A stretch of DNA of 63,247 bases, the filler included, from Rhabdomonas costata (lineage: Eukaryota): assembly GCA_019059605.1 (NCBI GenBank). It is 27 parts of 27 records of this genome, joined end to end, with 100 filler letters (N's around TTAATTAATTAA, not from the genome) between each part and the next. Parts side by side here need not be neighbours in the genome. Positions count along the whole stretch, not along the records: positions 37,557 to 39,802 come from JAHMHO010004562.1; positions 39,903 to 42,149 come from JAHMHO010004563.1; positions 42,250 to 44,493 come from JAHMHO010004564.1; positions 44,594 to 46,833 come from JAHMHO010004565.1; positions 46,934 to 49,179 come from JAHMHO010004566.1; positions 49,280 to 51,525 come from JAHMHO010004567.1; 21 more parts are not named here. One strand, given 5' to 3'. The translations under genes and the position numbers were made by a program. The notes under the pieces were generated by a model. That model did no database searches, had not been told where the DNA came from, and saw only the letters and a program-made list of their open reading frames with translations. Below, in pieces: positions 37,747 through 49,292 of the stretch. Within the stretch, counting starts at the first letter, position 1. The number at the start of each line of letters is the position of its first letter.

Positions 37747-39613
37747 ATGGCGGATTTTCTTTCCGAATATGCCGAAATGTGCGAAGGCTTTGACTTCTCG
37801 GTGGCCTGGAGTGAAGAGGAAGGTGGATTGTATTACCCCATCCTCGTCCCTCAATTTTGCTTCAGGAATTTCAATAAGAGCGGACCGTCAGAATGTCACT
37901 CGATATCACTTGTTCGATGCAGATTCCCGTCTCCTGCTAATGAAATTACTCAGATTTTGGTAAGTGGTACAGTAGTTGGGGTTTGGAGGTGGGGGGAAGC
38001 CCATGAGTATTTTATTGGTCCTCCCCTTCGGAGCGGTGAAGAAGCGAAGGGCAACAGGAGGAATACGCGCCTCAGTGGTCGGACTCTATAAAGGAGACTG
38101 TCGGAAGTGGCCTTCGCTTCGTATTTCTTTATTATTGCGTCCGCTGGGCTCGCTCAGGAAAGCACGTCGTTGCTCGCCGAGACCTCCCCGTGGAGCACGA
38201 GCTACTGGAGGAGGTTCCCTTTGTCGCCTGGGCCACCCCTGTCTCCCTAGCTGACCCTGCAGTGACATTTTGTGACCAGTGCCTGCGAGTGCTCAGCCCC
38301 ATCTCCACCGAGGTCGCTTCGTGGACAGAAGGAAAGGAAGGAAGCGAATGAAGGAAAGCCGCTCCGTGTGCTATCCAGGCCGTCCTCCCACACCCCTCCG
38401 CTGCTCTCGTGAAAATAGCTGCGATGTCACGTTGTCGTTATTGTATATCAGTACTCACTGGATGGTGCTGAGTTCTTGTCTTTTTCGCGTTGGGCGCCTG
38501 TTGACTCACTCTCCCTGCCTTTTCATTGGAAATGCCGTCGTGTGTGCTTAGCTGCACAAGAATACCACAAGAATATTTCTCCACGCTGGAGTTGGTTCTT
38601 TTTCCGGGCTCTTGTCAGTCAAATGGTACCTTTCTGCTTCCTTATCATTCTTCCCTCCTCCGTTTTCTGCCCTGATCCTTCAGGTCAGTCTGGCAATGTC
38701 GTGGGACGTGCACTTGATTGCGCGTCGGTATTTTCTTTCGCGACCGCGTGCATATTTTCTTCGGTTAGTTCGGATGAATATAAAGCTGCAGGTGATTTGT
38801 TCTTCTGCCTTCAGTTTTGCAGCTGTCTACAGCTGACGTTGCAGCTTTTTTTGTGTGCGCAGCAGGAGCGGTGTCAACCCGATGGTGACAAAGGCCCAGA
38901 GGGTTCCGCTGGATCTGCCTCAGGTGCCACCCAACCGCTACAGTGCACTCCTTGTGGGGCCCGGTTCTGCAGTCCGCAATGCCTGCAGCGCGCCCGGTCT
39001 CACGGTGGGCACTCCGTGCTGTGCGCCCGAGGCGCGGTTTTCGCGGCGCGGCACTGGCAGCTGTGCCACCGCGGTCTGTCCGAGCCCATCAGCCTCGAAG
39101 CGGTGGCCCGTGTGGTGGCCCGTGTAGTGGCGCAGGCGCTGCGGGTGAAGAGCCTCGCCCCACAGCTTAGCGACCAGGTGTCGTTGCAATGATGTGCTCG
39201 TACGGGTCTAGAGATTTACATGCCCAAAACACGAGAAATGTGCAGCGAAAGCTGCGCATCCAGGATTCAAAATAAGCTTTTGCAGGGGGAGGGGGAGGGG
39301 CTACTGACATCTTCGCGGGAGTTTTGTCCAGGATGCGCATTGTGCGTCCGTCTCGGATGTGTCTTTGTTTACGATCGCATCTTACTTCTCACATTCTCAT
39401 CTTACTTCTCACAAAAGTCTGCAGCAATCGCTACTCGGATTTGTCTCGACTTTCTGCGCTGGGCACGCATGTATGCAACAGGACGTGCTGCTAACGGCAC
39501 AGCGGCCGCTGCACCGGCTGGCCTCCCCACCAATGTCCTGCGCGGAGTGCACGGGCTTCGACGTGATCTCCGCTGCGGAAGTGCTGCGGCAGTGCCTCGG
39601 TGAGCCCATCCAG
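37747..39613 (+). CDS. SET and MYND domain (SMYD-like) protein; 5' part, exons 37747-37822, 38158-38312, ~38863-39177, 39482-39613
   Basis: EEE|GKHVVARRDLPVEHELLEEVPFV (SET-N) is followed by the MYND finger FCDQCLR...CTPCGARFCSPQCLQRARSHGGHSVLC; GT-AG introns in phase. Confidence 0.85.
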
Positions 39614-42433
39614 GTCGGGTGCATATGGACTAAGGGAGCTGCGCAGCTGGGTTTGGGGGAGGCAGCATCAACGAAGATTCAGTCCAGCATTTTCTTTTCT
39701 TTTAATTTTTTTATTTTACTATGTATATCGAAGTCCTTCTCTATAGTCTCTTCCGCTAATCAGGTTTTCTCTCTTTTCGGTGATTTATTCTTTGGATCCA
39801 ACNNNNNNNNNNNNNNNNNNNNNNNNNNNNNNNNNNNNNNNNNNNNTTAATTAATTAANNNNNNNNNNNNNNNNNNNNNNNNNNNNNNNNNNNNNNNNNN
39901 NNGGGGGTTGGTGCTGCGGGACAACCACGACGGTGTGTGGTTGCGTTGTGATGGGGCGGAATCTTTGCTTCCCATGGAGTGTTGTGAGATCCGAGGCTGC
40001 CGCGGGTGCGCAGGTCAATAGTGCGATGGGCAGTCGACACTCGGTTGTGGAAGCTAGGATGCTGGACAATGGGGCCAGGATGCGACCACTTCTGAGCACC
40101 CGCTGACTGATGGGCCAATTCGTGTTTTTTTCGATGCGATGAGGGAGGAGGTCCATGTGTAATTTATTGAAATGACCGCAGAGCTTCCCATTCAGTTGCA
40201 CAGCGTAGTTTATTTTGGTTGGGGCAGTTCGAGTTCTGCACTGCCCAAAGCTCAGGGTACGGAAGGCAGGCATTTGAGGGGGGTGGGGCACGCAACAATC
40301 TGTTCCGCCAAACGCTTTCGAAATTCGAAGCCGCTTGTCGCCTGGTGAACGCAACAAAAAACCGGCAAAAAACCGTCCGCACACTGGTGCGATTAAAATG
40401 GGGGCGTACATCATGACATTTTCCGCTCCAGAAGTTTTCGTTCAGTTTTCGTTTAAGCGAGGGCAGTTCCCTTGAGTGAGTGTGGTACTGTCTTTCAGGG
40501 GAGTGGCTGTACCTCTTCGACTCCCCCGCGCAGGGGAAGGCCCCACACCAGAACCCCGCCTGCGGCTCTTGGCAGAAATGTGTGGAGTGCTTCTTCTCAG
40601 GTGTACTCCTCCCCCCTGCATTTTCCCGGACCACTACTCTTGCTTTTCGCGCACCCAGAACATCGAATGCCTCACGTTTTAGTTAGCATTCACAGTGAAA
40701 ACATAACCGCATATTGTAGCTTTGGCTGTGTATTCATCTGTGTTGTTGTGTGCCGGCCGGGCTTCTTGTTGTTCGCGCTGCTCTCTTGCAACGTGCAATT
40801 CGGCGTAACTTTTCAATTGGGCCCTCTTCCGGAAGTCCTCAGGAAGTGTACGTACTTATAACAATGTCAGAAAGGGGTCAGCAGAACGTGGAAATACTGG
40901 AATACTCCACTGGAATACCTTGATATTCTATTCGAGAAGGAGGTCAAAGACGCCTCCTCGAAATAAGCCAGGCGTCTTTCAGTCTTCCCCAGCAATACCA
41001 TACCAGCATTACCATTGGTGTAGACGCCTGGAGCCCTGTACTCATGTTGCCGTGGGATTATCCGCCGTCCTTGTGACAGGGATTTAGTACTTTCGCGGCT
41101 GGGAACAGGAGATGGATTTTGAGTGTGTTTCATTCATTTGAGTGTTTCAGCGATGGCTGGGAGTTCTCATGTTTTCGTGGCGCATTCATCCTTCAATGGT
41201 TGCCGCCGATCTGGTATTTACACCATTGGTGAGGAGCGTAGTCACGATTTGGGTTACACCATGGTCGGCGTCATGAAAGAGAGCATGTGTGTGTGTGTGT
41301 GTGTTTCATTTCCGTCTTTTTATCGCACAAACATACACAAAAGCCAATACACAGACACAACTGTCCCTAAGTCAAAGAAGAAAACATGCATTTCTTTCGG
41401 CAATCGCAGCATAAGCCCCAGCGCCAGGGCTCAGGAGAATAGAGTTCTTTTGGATAGAAGGCATCCACGTCCTCCACACGGGGAGGCCCAACGCTCCGCT
41501 CCATGTCATCATCATTCTGCCACTTTACATAAAGGTCCAGGAACAGGAGACCAGTGCTGCGGCATCCTGTACCTCAAAAGTCACCTTTTACCACAATCTT
41601 CTGACCAAACATTCCCTTCTGAGCAACTTCGCGTTCATCGCTCATTTGCAACTTAGATCCTCAGCCTCTCAGCCATTCAGCAACTGTTCGCGAGGGCGAA
41701 CAAAGTATATCTCAGCTCGAGAACCAGCGGAGTCATGAGACCTCCGACAGAAGAATCAGAGAAACTCCTTGATCGAGAGATTACCACCCTTCACCCTTGA
41801 ATGAGAAGGTATTGCTCGGAATCCAAGTATAACAACCCTTTCTTCGGCATCTAAAGTAAGTCTCTGCTGTAGCACCTCACTCACCTGGCTCTTGCTGGAG
41901 GGACAGGTCGAAAGCACGTTATCCAAGGTACACTTCAGCAAGAAAGAGTACAGCTTGTTTTCACCATTTCACAGCTGCTCTAAATAAAACAAAGGGACAA
42001 TATCTGTGACAGGTTGCAAGTCGCTTCACTGTGTTTAGCATGGCACACCCCGCGCTTGGCGCAATCTGCCGGGCTTATTGTTTACACGACGCTTGCAATT
42101 CGCACTTTATTTCGATAGCTGTCACCTAGCAACGTTCCCAACACAACCCNNNNNNNNNNNNNNNNNNNNNNNNNNNNNNNNNNNNNNNNNNNNTTAATTA
42201 ATTAANNNNNNNNNNNNNNNNNNNNNNNNNNNNNNNNNNNNNNNNNNNNTTTGGTTTTGTGTGGCGCTTGGCATGCAGACAAATGCTGCCCACACCCACG
42301 CAAATGGAGCAAATAAAACCCAGCCGGCCTTCCTGGAACCTGCAGCTTCCACAAAGCATAAAGCAACTCCGTTGCCCAAGGCCCCCATTCCGGCAATGCC
42401 GGCGAAGCGAGGGGGACCCCGTTACTCCCATCC

Positions 42434-44319
42434 TTAGTGCTCCTCCTCCAACTTCTGCGCTGCGGGGCCCTGCTGACCCCCAAGTGACACCGGGGCGGCG
42501 TGGCGGAGGGTCTCCAGGAGCTGCCTTGCCTTGCGGCGGCTGCAGCACATCCAGATCGACAGCGCCGTCACCACCGCAAAAACTCCGAGCACCACAGCCA
42601 GCGCGACGTACAGGCCCTAAGAGCGGGATTATAATGTTTGTGTGCGGTATCACAGCAGAAAATAGGATCCCGAAGATGTGTTAGGGAGGAGTGGGGTAGT
42701 TACCAAGAAACATGGTCTGAACTGGATATAAAAGCCTTCAGACCGAACTCCAAGGAACCGGGAACTCTTTCCTCGATTGTACCTGACTGCTATTGCAACA
42801 TACAACTTGCAACAGCCGCAGGTTTGCTTGGATCTGGTGTCAAAAAAGACGTCAGAAGACTCGCGCTCACCCAAACCCGAGCTACACCAAAAACGGAGTT
42901 TACTAGCATTTCAGCGTATTCTTCTGGCCGCACGTTTACAGAAAGCTGAAATGTACAATAAACACAGCATCACGCACCAGAGGCCACCATTTTCCAAATG
43001 CACTCCAAATTCCGCCCAATCTTATCAAGTCCTTCCAGCATTCCAACACCCCAAACAACCACATAGCAACACGCGTCATACCATACACCCTCCTCGTTCC
43101 AGGAACTGCGTCACCACCTGCACCTTGCTCTCCTCCCCGCACCGCGCCCCAGTGTACGGGGTGTAGCACAGGCACGCTCCGCTGCGCTGGCACTCCCCGT
43201 GCCCACTGCACTCCACCGCAGTGGCGGCCTGGCAGGCGCGCAAGGCAAAGGTCGGCGCGGGGTAATCCGCCTCCGCCGTGGCCCACAGCACGGGGTACAC
43301 AACCTACCAAAGGGGGTCGCGTGAATCTTTGGGAAAGAGCGGGGAGGAGAGCAGCGAGGGAAACGGCAGTCCTCGGCAGGGATAACGTGTCATTACTTTT
43401 TGGGGGCGAAGGCACACACAGATGGAAGGTTGACGCGCAAGCACGCAAGTTCTCCGTGGTCAACTGCAGACTCGAAACAGGGTACTTCCAGTCGTAGTCT
43501 GGCGCTCCGATAGGATCCGGCCCAAAAACACTCAAAAGTGCGAGGCTACTGTCTCCGTTGCCGTGGCAGTGCCAAAACGCACTTTCCCACTTGATAGCGA
43601 TTTCGAGGGTATAAAATTCTGAACCAGTTTTTGTGCGGGCGGTGTTTCTGAGCTTGGGCGGATTTGAAATCCTTTGATTTTGGACATAGCATCATGCATA
43701 ACGGCGTGGATTCTGTAGAACAGTTGCATAATTGAGTTTTTCCTGAACTTTTTTCATGACTAAAACCCAGCCATATCACAGGCATGCCCGTACAAACGGG
43801 GTGCCATGTTTGTAAGATTTGTTCTGCCAGCTCCCCCTTTGTGTTTGCTTTCATGAGTTCAGATTAAAATAAATTGGTTCACTAAAAATGTACGTACATT
43901 CTGTCCGGCTTCACAAAACCCCTGTTGGATTTGGTTTCTGGCAAAGAAAAGGCATATGTGAGTATATGTGCGTGAGATGTACAGCACTAATTCACATATA
44001 AAGCTGAAAAAGAAAAAGGATGTCTGGAATGCCACCTTCGCGTCACCCGTGCTATCGTACTGCACCAGCGCGAAGTGGTCCGCCGTGGAGAGCATTCCGG
44101 AGACTGGGTCCAGCGAAAGCAGCCCGTAGAAACACCTGACCCCGTACACAAACATCCCCGCGGCCTGGGTCCGCATGATATCCGGGTTGGAGGGGTCGCC
44201 AGCTATCACCACGAGCTGCACAATGTACATCGAGGCCAGGGCACTTGCAGCCTGGTAGGTGGGGTCACTGCCCGTGATCTCGCGGTAGGCCCGCCGGAAC
44301 TGCTCCGGCGAGGACGGCG
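42434..44319 (-). CDS. Single-pass membrane protein: periplasmic-binding-protein type I (LivJ-like) C-terminal lobe, EGF-like domain, TM helix, short tail; 3' part, exons 44319-44036, 43303-~43124, 42616-42434
   Basis: FRRAYREITGSDPTYQAASA...FYGLLSLDPVSG...VQY...VVYPVLWATAEADYPAP, then CSGHGECQRSGACLCYTPYTGARC, then LYVALAVVLGVFAVVTALSIWMCC-SRRKAR and TAA at 42436-42434. Confidence 0.75.
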
Positions 44320-44597
44320 CTTTTGCAGAAAAGCAAGCAAGTGCACACAGGCGTCATTTTTGCCCAGCTCAAACCAAACCATCAGAGGAAGACAGACTCA
44401 TTTGGCTTAATGATTCGAGAGGGCAGCAGCCGGGTTAAAGCAGAACTCAAAGATGCAGACGGCCGGTCAGAACAAGCGAAATAACAGCTAGAANNNNNNN
44501 NNNNNNNNNNNNNNNNNNNNNNNNNNNNNNNNNNNNNTTAATTAATTAANNNNNNNNNNNNNNNNNNNNNNNNNNNNNNNNNNNNNNNNNNNNGGTT

Positions 44598-44728
44598 GGA
44601 AGAAGAAGAGGAGGAGGAGGGAGCGTTAAACGTTCAGCGTTTAGCGTAACTGAACGGTCGGTTTTCCCAACGTTCAACGCCCCAAATAAAATTCCCGTTC
44701 CCGTTCCTCCTCATCCTCTTCTTCTTCC
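44598..44728. repeat. Nested imperfect inverted repeat (purine arm, structured core, pyrimidine arm)
   Basis: GGAAGAAGAAGAGGAGGAGGAGG pairs with CCTCCTCATCCTCTTCTTCTTCC; internal GCGTTAAACGTT/AACGTTCAACGC and CGTTCAG/CTGAACG pairs. Confidence 0.7.
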
Positions 44729-45736
44729 TTCTTCTAATCCAATAATGCTTTCACTTTTTCAGTTCTGTCTGTTCACATCGGACCAGGACAATGTTTTCCC
44801 CATTGCTCTCATGAATCGTGACCACGAACCATGATCGGTCCTGTTTCTGGATGTTCTTGTCCAGCCGTGATGTTTTCGTCAGTGCTCTTTGTCGAACCCC
44901 AGGAATCTGCTAGGGCGCATTGTGGAAGTGGTCTGGCACGGTCGTGGGGTCTCCGACCAGAGCGACTGCGGAACAGAGTCCCCACTGAAGGTGAAGCTGT
45001 CCAGGCTGCTGTCCCGCCGCTCTCAGATCTGAAGTAACCTCTCAACCGATGGGGATAGCATCGCCTGTGAGTGCAAAATCTCGTAGAGACTTGCACGGCA
45101 ACCACTAAGCTCCTCATTATATATCCTCTGCTCGCTCCACTACGCGAGCTCTTTCTTTTGTTTTGTGCAATCATCGGTCCAGCCTTCTGTTGTGCGCTTT
45201 TCTTTTGTTCATGAAGTGTCTGCACGGGGTATGTCCCTCCCCCCTCACCCTTGATATATACACTGGCCTCCAGTTCAGGTTGACCACCCGGTGCAGCAGC
45301 GTGCTGTCCGTGCGTCTGGCAGTCGCAACCCCATGCTCCGCCCCAGCCTCATGATGGCTTGCACCGCGGTTAGCACTCCATCGTGAGGTTTTTGGTAGCA
45401 TCTGTTGTTGGCAGTTTTCCTTTTTGCGTGTTTTTTTTCGGCATTTTTAGGGCTCTCGGGTAGCTCCAGCATGTTCCTTTTTTTTTGCTGCGAGTAGACC
45501 TATCATTCAATAGCTCTTTTGGTGTGAGTCATTCAGTTCCTCTTGTGCTTCCGCTGACATGGCGTTAGCCCCATTCTCAGTCTCACCACACGCACACCCC
45601 CTTGTTTTTTTGTAGCACTGACTCGTGCTGTGTGATGTGCCCCTCTTCTTTTGGCTTGACTTGATCGCTTGCGTTTCCCGCTTCCCCTCCATCTTTTCCT
45701 TCAGCGCATTCCCTGTGGCCTTCGAGTTGTCTTTTC

Positions 45737-45763
45737 GTGTGTGTGTGTGTGTGTGTGTGTGTG
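45737..45763. repeat. (GT)n microsatellite; similar tracts near 4071, 28211, 33607, 41287, 50160 and (CT)n near 60659
   Basis: Read directly from the sequence. Confidence 0.95.
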
Positions 45764-47405
45764 TTGACGGGAAGTGTAGTTTTTTGAGCTGCGGTTCTTC
45801 GCGCCAACATGGGCCGCCTTGACGGGCTGGTCAGGCAACAGCTGATGAGCTCCTGGTCTCTCGTGGTCAGTCCCCTGCGAATCCTTAAACACTCGCCGCG
45901 AATCCTGACTGATCTAAATTGCCTCCTTTCTCCGGGAGGTTCACCCTATGCTCATTCCTTGAGAATTGGGGACCGGCGGAGGATTTGGGCTCTGATTCCC
46001 AGATCGTCGGATTCATCTGCTCCTTTTCAGCCTTTTTCCCAACCTTCCTTCATTCCTATTTCTCTACGACTTTTCTGGATCTGCCACGCACACCCACACA
46101 CCCACACACCCGCACAGCATGTTCATATCAGTTCCCTAACTTCACAGTCCTTCTTCGGAAGCGACTGGCTTGGCTGTCAAACTTTGCTGTCACAAAACGT
46201 TTGCCTTTTCAGAATCCTCTCGCCCGTGTATCTTCCGCAAGATTTTCTCGCACCGACAGTCACTTTTGCCGGTGCCCGCTTCATAGCGCTCGTGCGTGCT
46301 GCCCGCTTTTTGTGCAATTGTAGTGTCCTCGGGGTACCCTTTCCCATGGCAGCTCGTGGTATGTGTGGACCTCCTCTGCATTTCTTCTCATTTCTTTGTT
46401 CACGTCTGCCTGCGCCAAATCCGTCTGGGTGAGCGGCAGCTTCCTTTCCCGCAGGGCTTTTGCTGAATTCGGTTGTGCCGTGTGATGGGTAAGCTGTTAA
46501 TTCTTTCTCTGGTTTCCCAAGTGGAGGGCTGTGACGAAAAGTTAACAAAGCGCTGTTTCAATGCGCTGCGCTCTTTTGGGAGGTCCGCATGACACCAACC
46601 ATTTGCCATTTGCTCTGACGCTTGCCGATTCAGGACACCCATAGCTTGGCTTCCACACGGCACAACCGGAAAGCCAGTTGCTGTAGCCTGCAGCTCAGGT
46701 CGCACAAGGAACACCGGGACATGCAAAAGGTACGCAAGGAGAATGATGTTTGTGTGGAGTAAATACCATTTGGGTTACTGTTTGTCATCATGGTGGACGT
46801 CAGGACCCACTGTGTATGTGGTGCACAAACCCCNNNNNNNNNNNNNNNNNNNNNNNNNNNNNNNNNNNNNNNNNNNNTTAATTAATTAANNNNNNNNNNN
46901 NNNNNNNNNNNNNNNNNNNNNNNNNNNNNNNNNGGGTTTGTGGAGAGAGTCTGGGATTAGAGAAGCGCTTGGTGCCCCGAAGGACATTTCACTTTGAGGA
47001 AAGTGGGAGCGTATACCACCGTCCCCCCTCCCTGGGCATTTTTCTACGTTTTTCTACACTTTTCTTGTGCGAAAAGGTGGGGGGAAATGCGGATTGACAA
47101 GTGGAATTGCGCGGGAAAAGCAATTTCGGGCTAACTCCCGAATTTAAGAAAGTGTCCTTTTGCATTACTCGTCTGTTAGACGATGAAGTGATGTGGTTTT
47201 CGTGGGTATTGCACGTTCAACGTTCATTGCCATTTAGAATGTTCTCTGCGAAAGATTTGACGCCGGAGTTGTTCGTCCCTTCAGTCTCAAACCTTTGCAG
47301 GGCACCTCCTTTCCCAGCTGGTGGTTTGCTTTATGGAAGGGTTAGTATTTGCTTGTCCGTGCGGCGGAGCGGTGTGGTTGGTAGTGTTTCACAATTCGTA
47401 AACAG

Positions 47406-47889
47406 CTGAAGTCCGTGGAGGAGCTTCCCTCGGTGATTGACCAGGCCTTCCACGTTGCCATGACAGGCCGGAGAGGTTATTGCGTATTGCCCCCCACCTA
47501 TCAACCGAGTTGCTCCATGGTTAGTAATCATTTGCACTTACCATGGAAATCTCCGTTTGAAGACTTCTCGAGACATTTCTTCTCTCTCAGGTCCTGTGCT
47601 GATCGACCTGCCCAAGGATGTGGTTTCCTCTACTGTGTCTAGGGAGGATATTCCAGAGGTTGCCTCGCAATGCGATTTCCCTCCTTTCTCACCTGTTTTT
47701 TTTTTGGTTGGGCTAGGTTGAGTTGCTGCAAGTTTATAAAGCAGGTTTAGCTCGGTTACCATCTTTAATTGCTGTACTTGTTTAGCTCGCGAACCCCTGC
47801 ATGCCCTACGCGCCCTTTTAGTTTGTTCCACCCAAGGAGACGCACACGACGGGGAGGCGCTACGAGGGAGACATCCGTGCCGTCGCTCG
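47406..47889 (+). CDS. ilvB: Acetolactate synthase catalytic subunit; internal exons 47406-47475, 47591-47658, 47822-47889
   Basis: LKSVEELPSVIDQAFHVAMTGRR|GPVLIDLPKDV is the ALS signature (AFxxAxxGRPGPVLIDLPKDV); GT-AG introns in phase. Confidence 0.88.
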
Positions 47890-48475
47890 GTACCGATTTT
47901 CCTTTTTGTTGTCCAAGCTTTGCGTGTTGACTGGGGAGGGCTGAGTGGCAATGGGCATTGGAACACCGCTAAGTGTCAGTACTCTTTCTCTCCATCCAAT
48001 TTATATGTGAGCAGCTCATTCAACTCGTGTTCCATGACAGTGACACTGCACGGCACAATCCTAATCGTATGAACTCGATAATTGGTAGTTGGGAGGTAAT
48101 TGGGAGGGCGGGGGTGTATGCCACACGGAGTACTGTGCGCTATTCGGTGTGAGACGGGATATAAACAACGAATAAATTCGGAAGGAATGAAATCGAAGGG
48201 AATGGACGTGTGCTTGTTAATATCACAGCGATATAGATACCTGGCTTTGGGGTTTTGCAGACTGACGTTTGGCTGAAACTCAGAACCTGCGGGAAATCTG
48301 CGCAGCTGTGGATAGCGAGAGTTGCTGTTTCCTGCGAGCCGCTAGGTTTTCTCGAGCTCCAGCTACTGAGGGTCAGCTGAGGCTCGCACAGATAGAATGA
48401 AGGGTTGTTGTCTTGGTTTCATTCCATCTGCGCGCACGAGAGAATAACTCAGTATGCGTACATGTGGGGGCTCAG

Positions 48476-49179
48476 GCAATACAGTCCCACGGCGGGCTCT
48501 CCAGTCCGTTCACTGGGGACAAGGTGCTGGCCTTCTGGAACGTCCGCAACCTCCGCTCGGACCACGCCCTGCGTTGCGTGGGGGCGGCGCAGGAGGTGCT
48601 GCAGTCCATGCAGAAGCTGGGCCTGACCGTGCGTATCGCCTGCACTGGAGGGTACGCTGATGATGGTGCATCTCTGAAAACATCTGTTGAGGCAGGGGGG
48701 GCTTTGGTTGGCTTGGGTTATGTTTCTAAACGCAATAAAAAAAGAGAGTTTTCCTTGCGTCTGCGTATATTTGCGCATCCAAATCACAGCATGTCTATCC
48801 CAGATACCCAAAGTAGTGCTTTTTCTCTCTACAGCCTGCGTTGGCATTAAAAGAAGGATTCCTCGTGCGTTTGGTGCCGGGGTGTCCGCGTGGAGTCTTC
48901 TTTTTCGGTAGGTGGTCTCACTGTCTTTCTTTAGCACCACCTAGCCTCTCGTTCATCGGTCCTCCGGAACTGTGAGCTGACGCCCGAATGGGGGAAGGGG
49001 GGGCTCTTTTCCCCTTTTCCTTTTCCTAACACCACCCCCGCATATGTGTTTTTGGGACTGCGCAGCCCGGCAACGTTTGGAGCGATGGGCACGAAGACTC
49101 AGAGAGCCTTCACGGTAGTCGCGCCGTGTATCCCGCGAGGGCTTATCCTGCAGAAGCTGGCGAAGCTGATCCCATTCGG
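48476..49179 (+). CDS. Class III nucleotide cyclase-like domain, degenerate; exons 48476-48651, 49066-contig end
   Basis: IQSHGGLSSPFTGDKVLAFWN...HALRCVGAA...VRIACTGG|PATFGAMGTKTQRAFTVV follows the cyclase core (F-x-GD, RIG, GxxGxxxxxxF/YxV). Confidence 0.75.
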
Positions 49180-49292
49180 NNNNNNNNNNNNNNNNNNNNN
49201 NNNNNNNNNNNNNNNNNNNNNNNTTAATTAATTAANNNNNNNNNNNNNNNNNNNNNNNNNNNNNNNNNNNNNNNNNNNNTGTGTGTGGGCAG

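Noticed and set aside
41400-41960. Minus-strand coding-like stretch with several stops
   Set aside because: May be a pseudogene or TE relic, but I recognise no motif to support a call.
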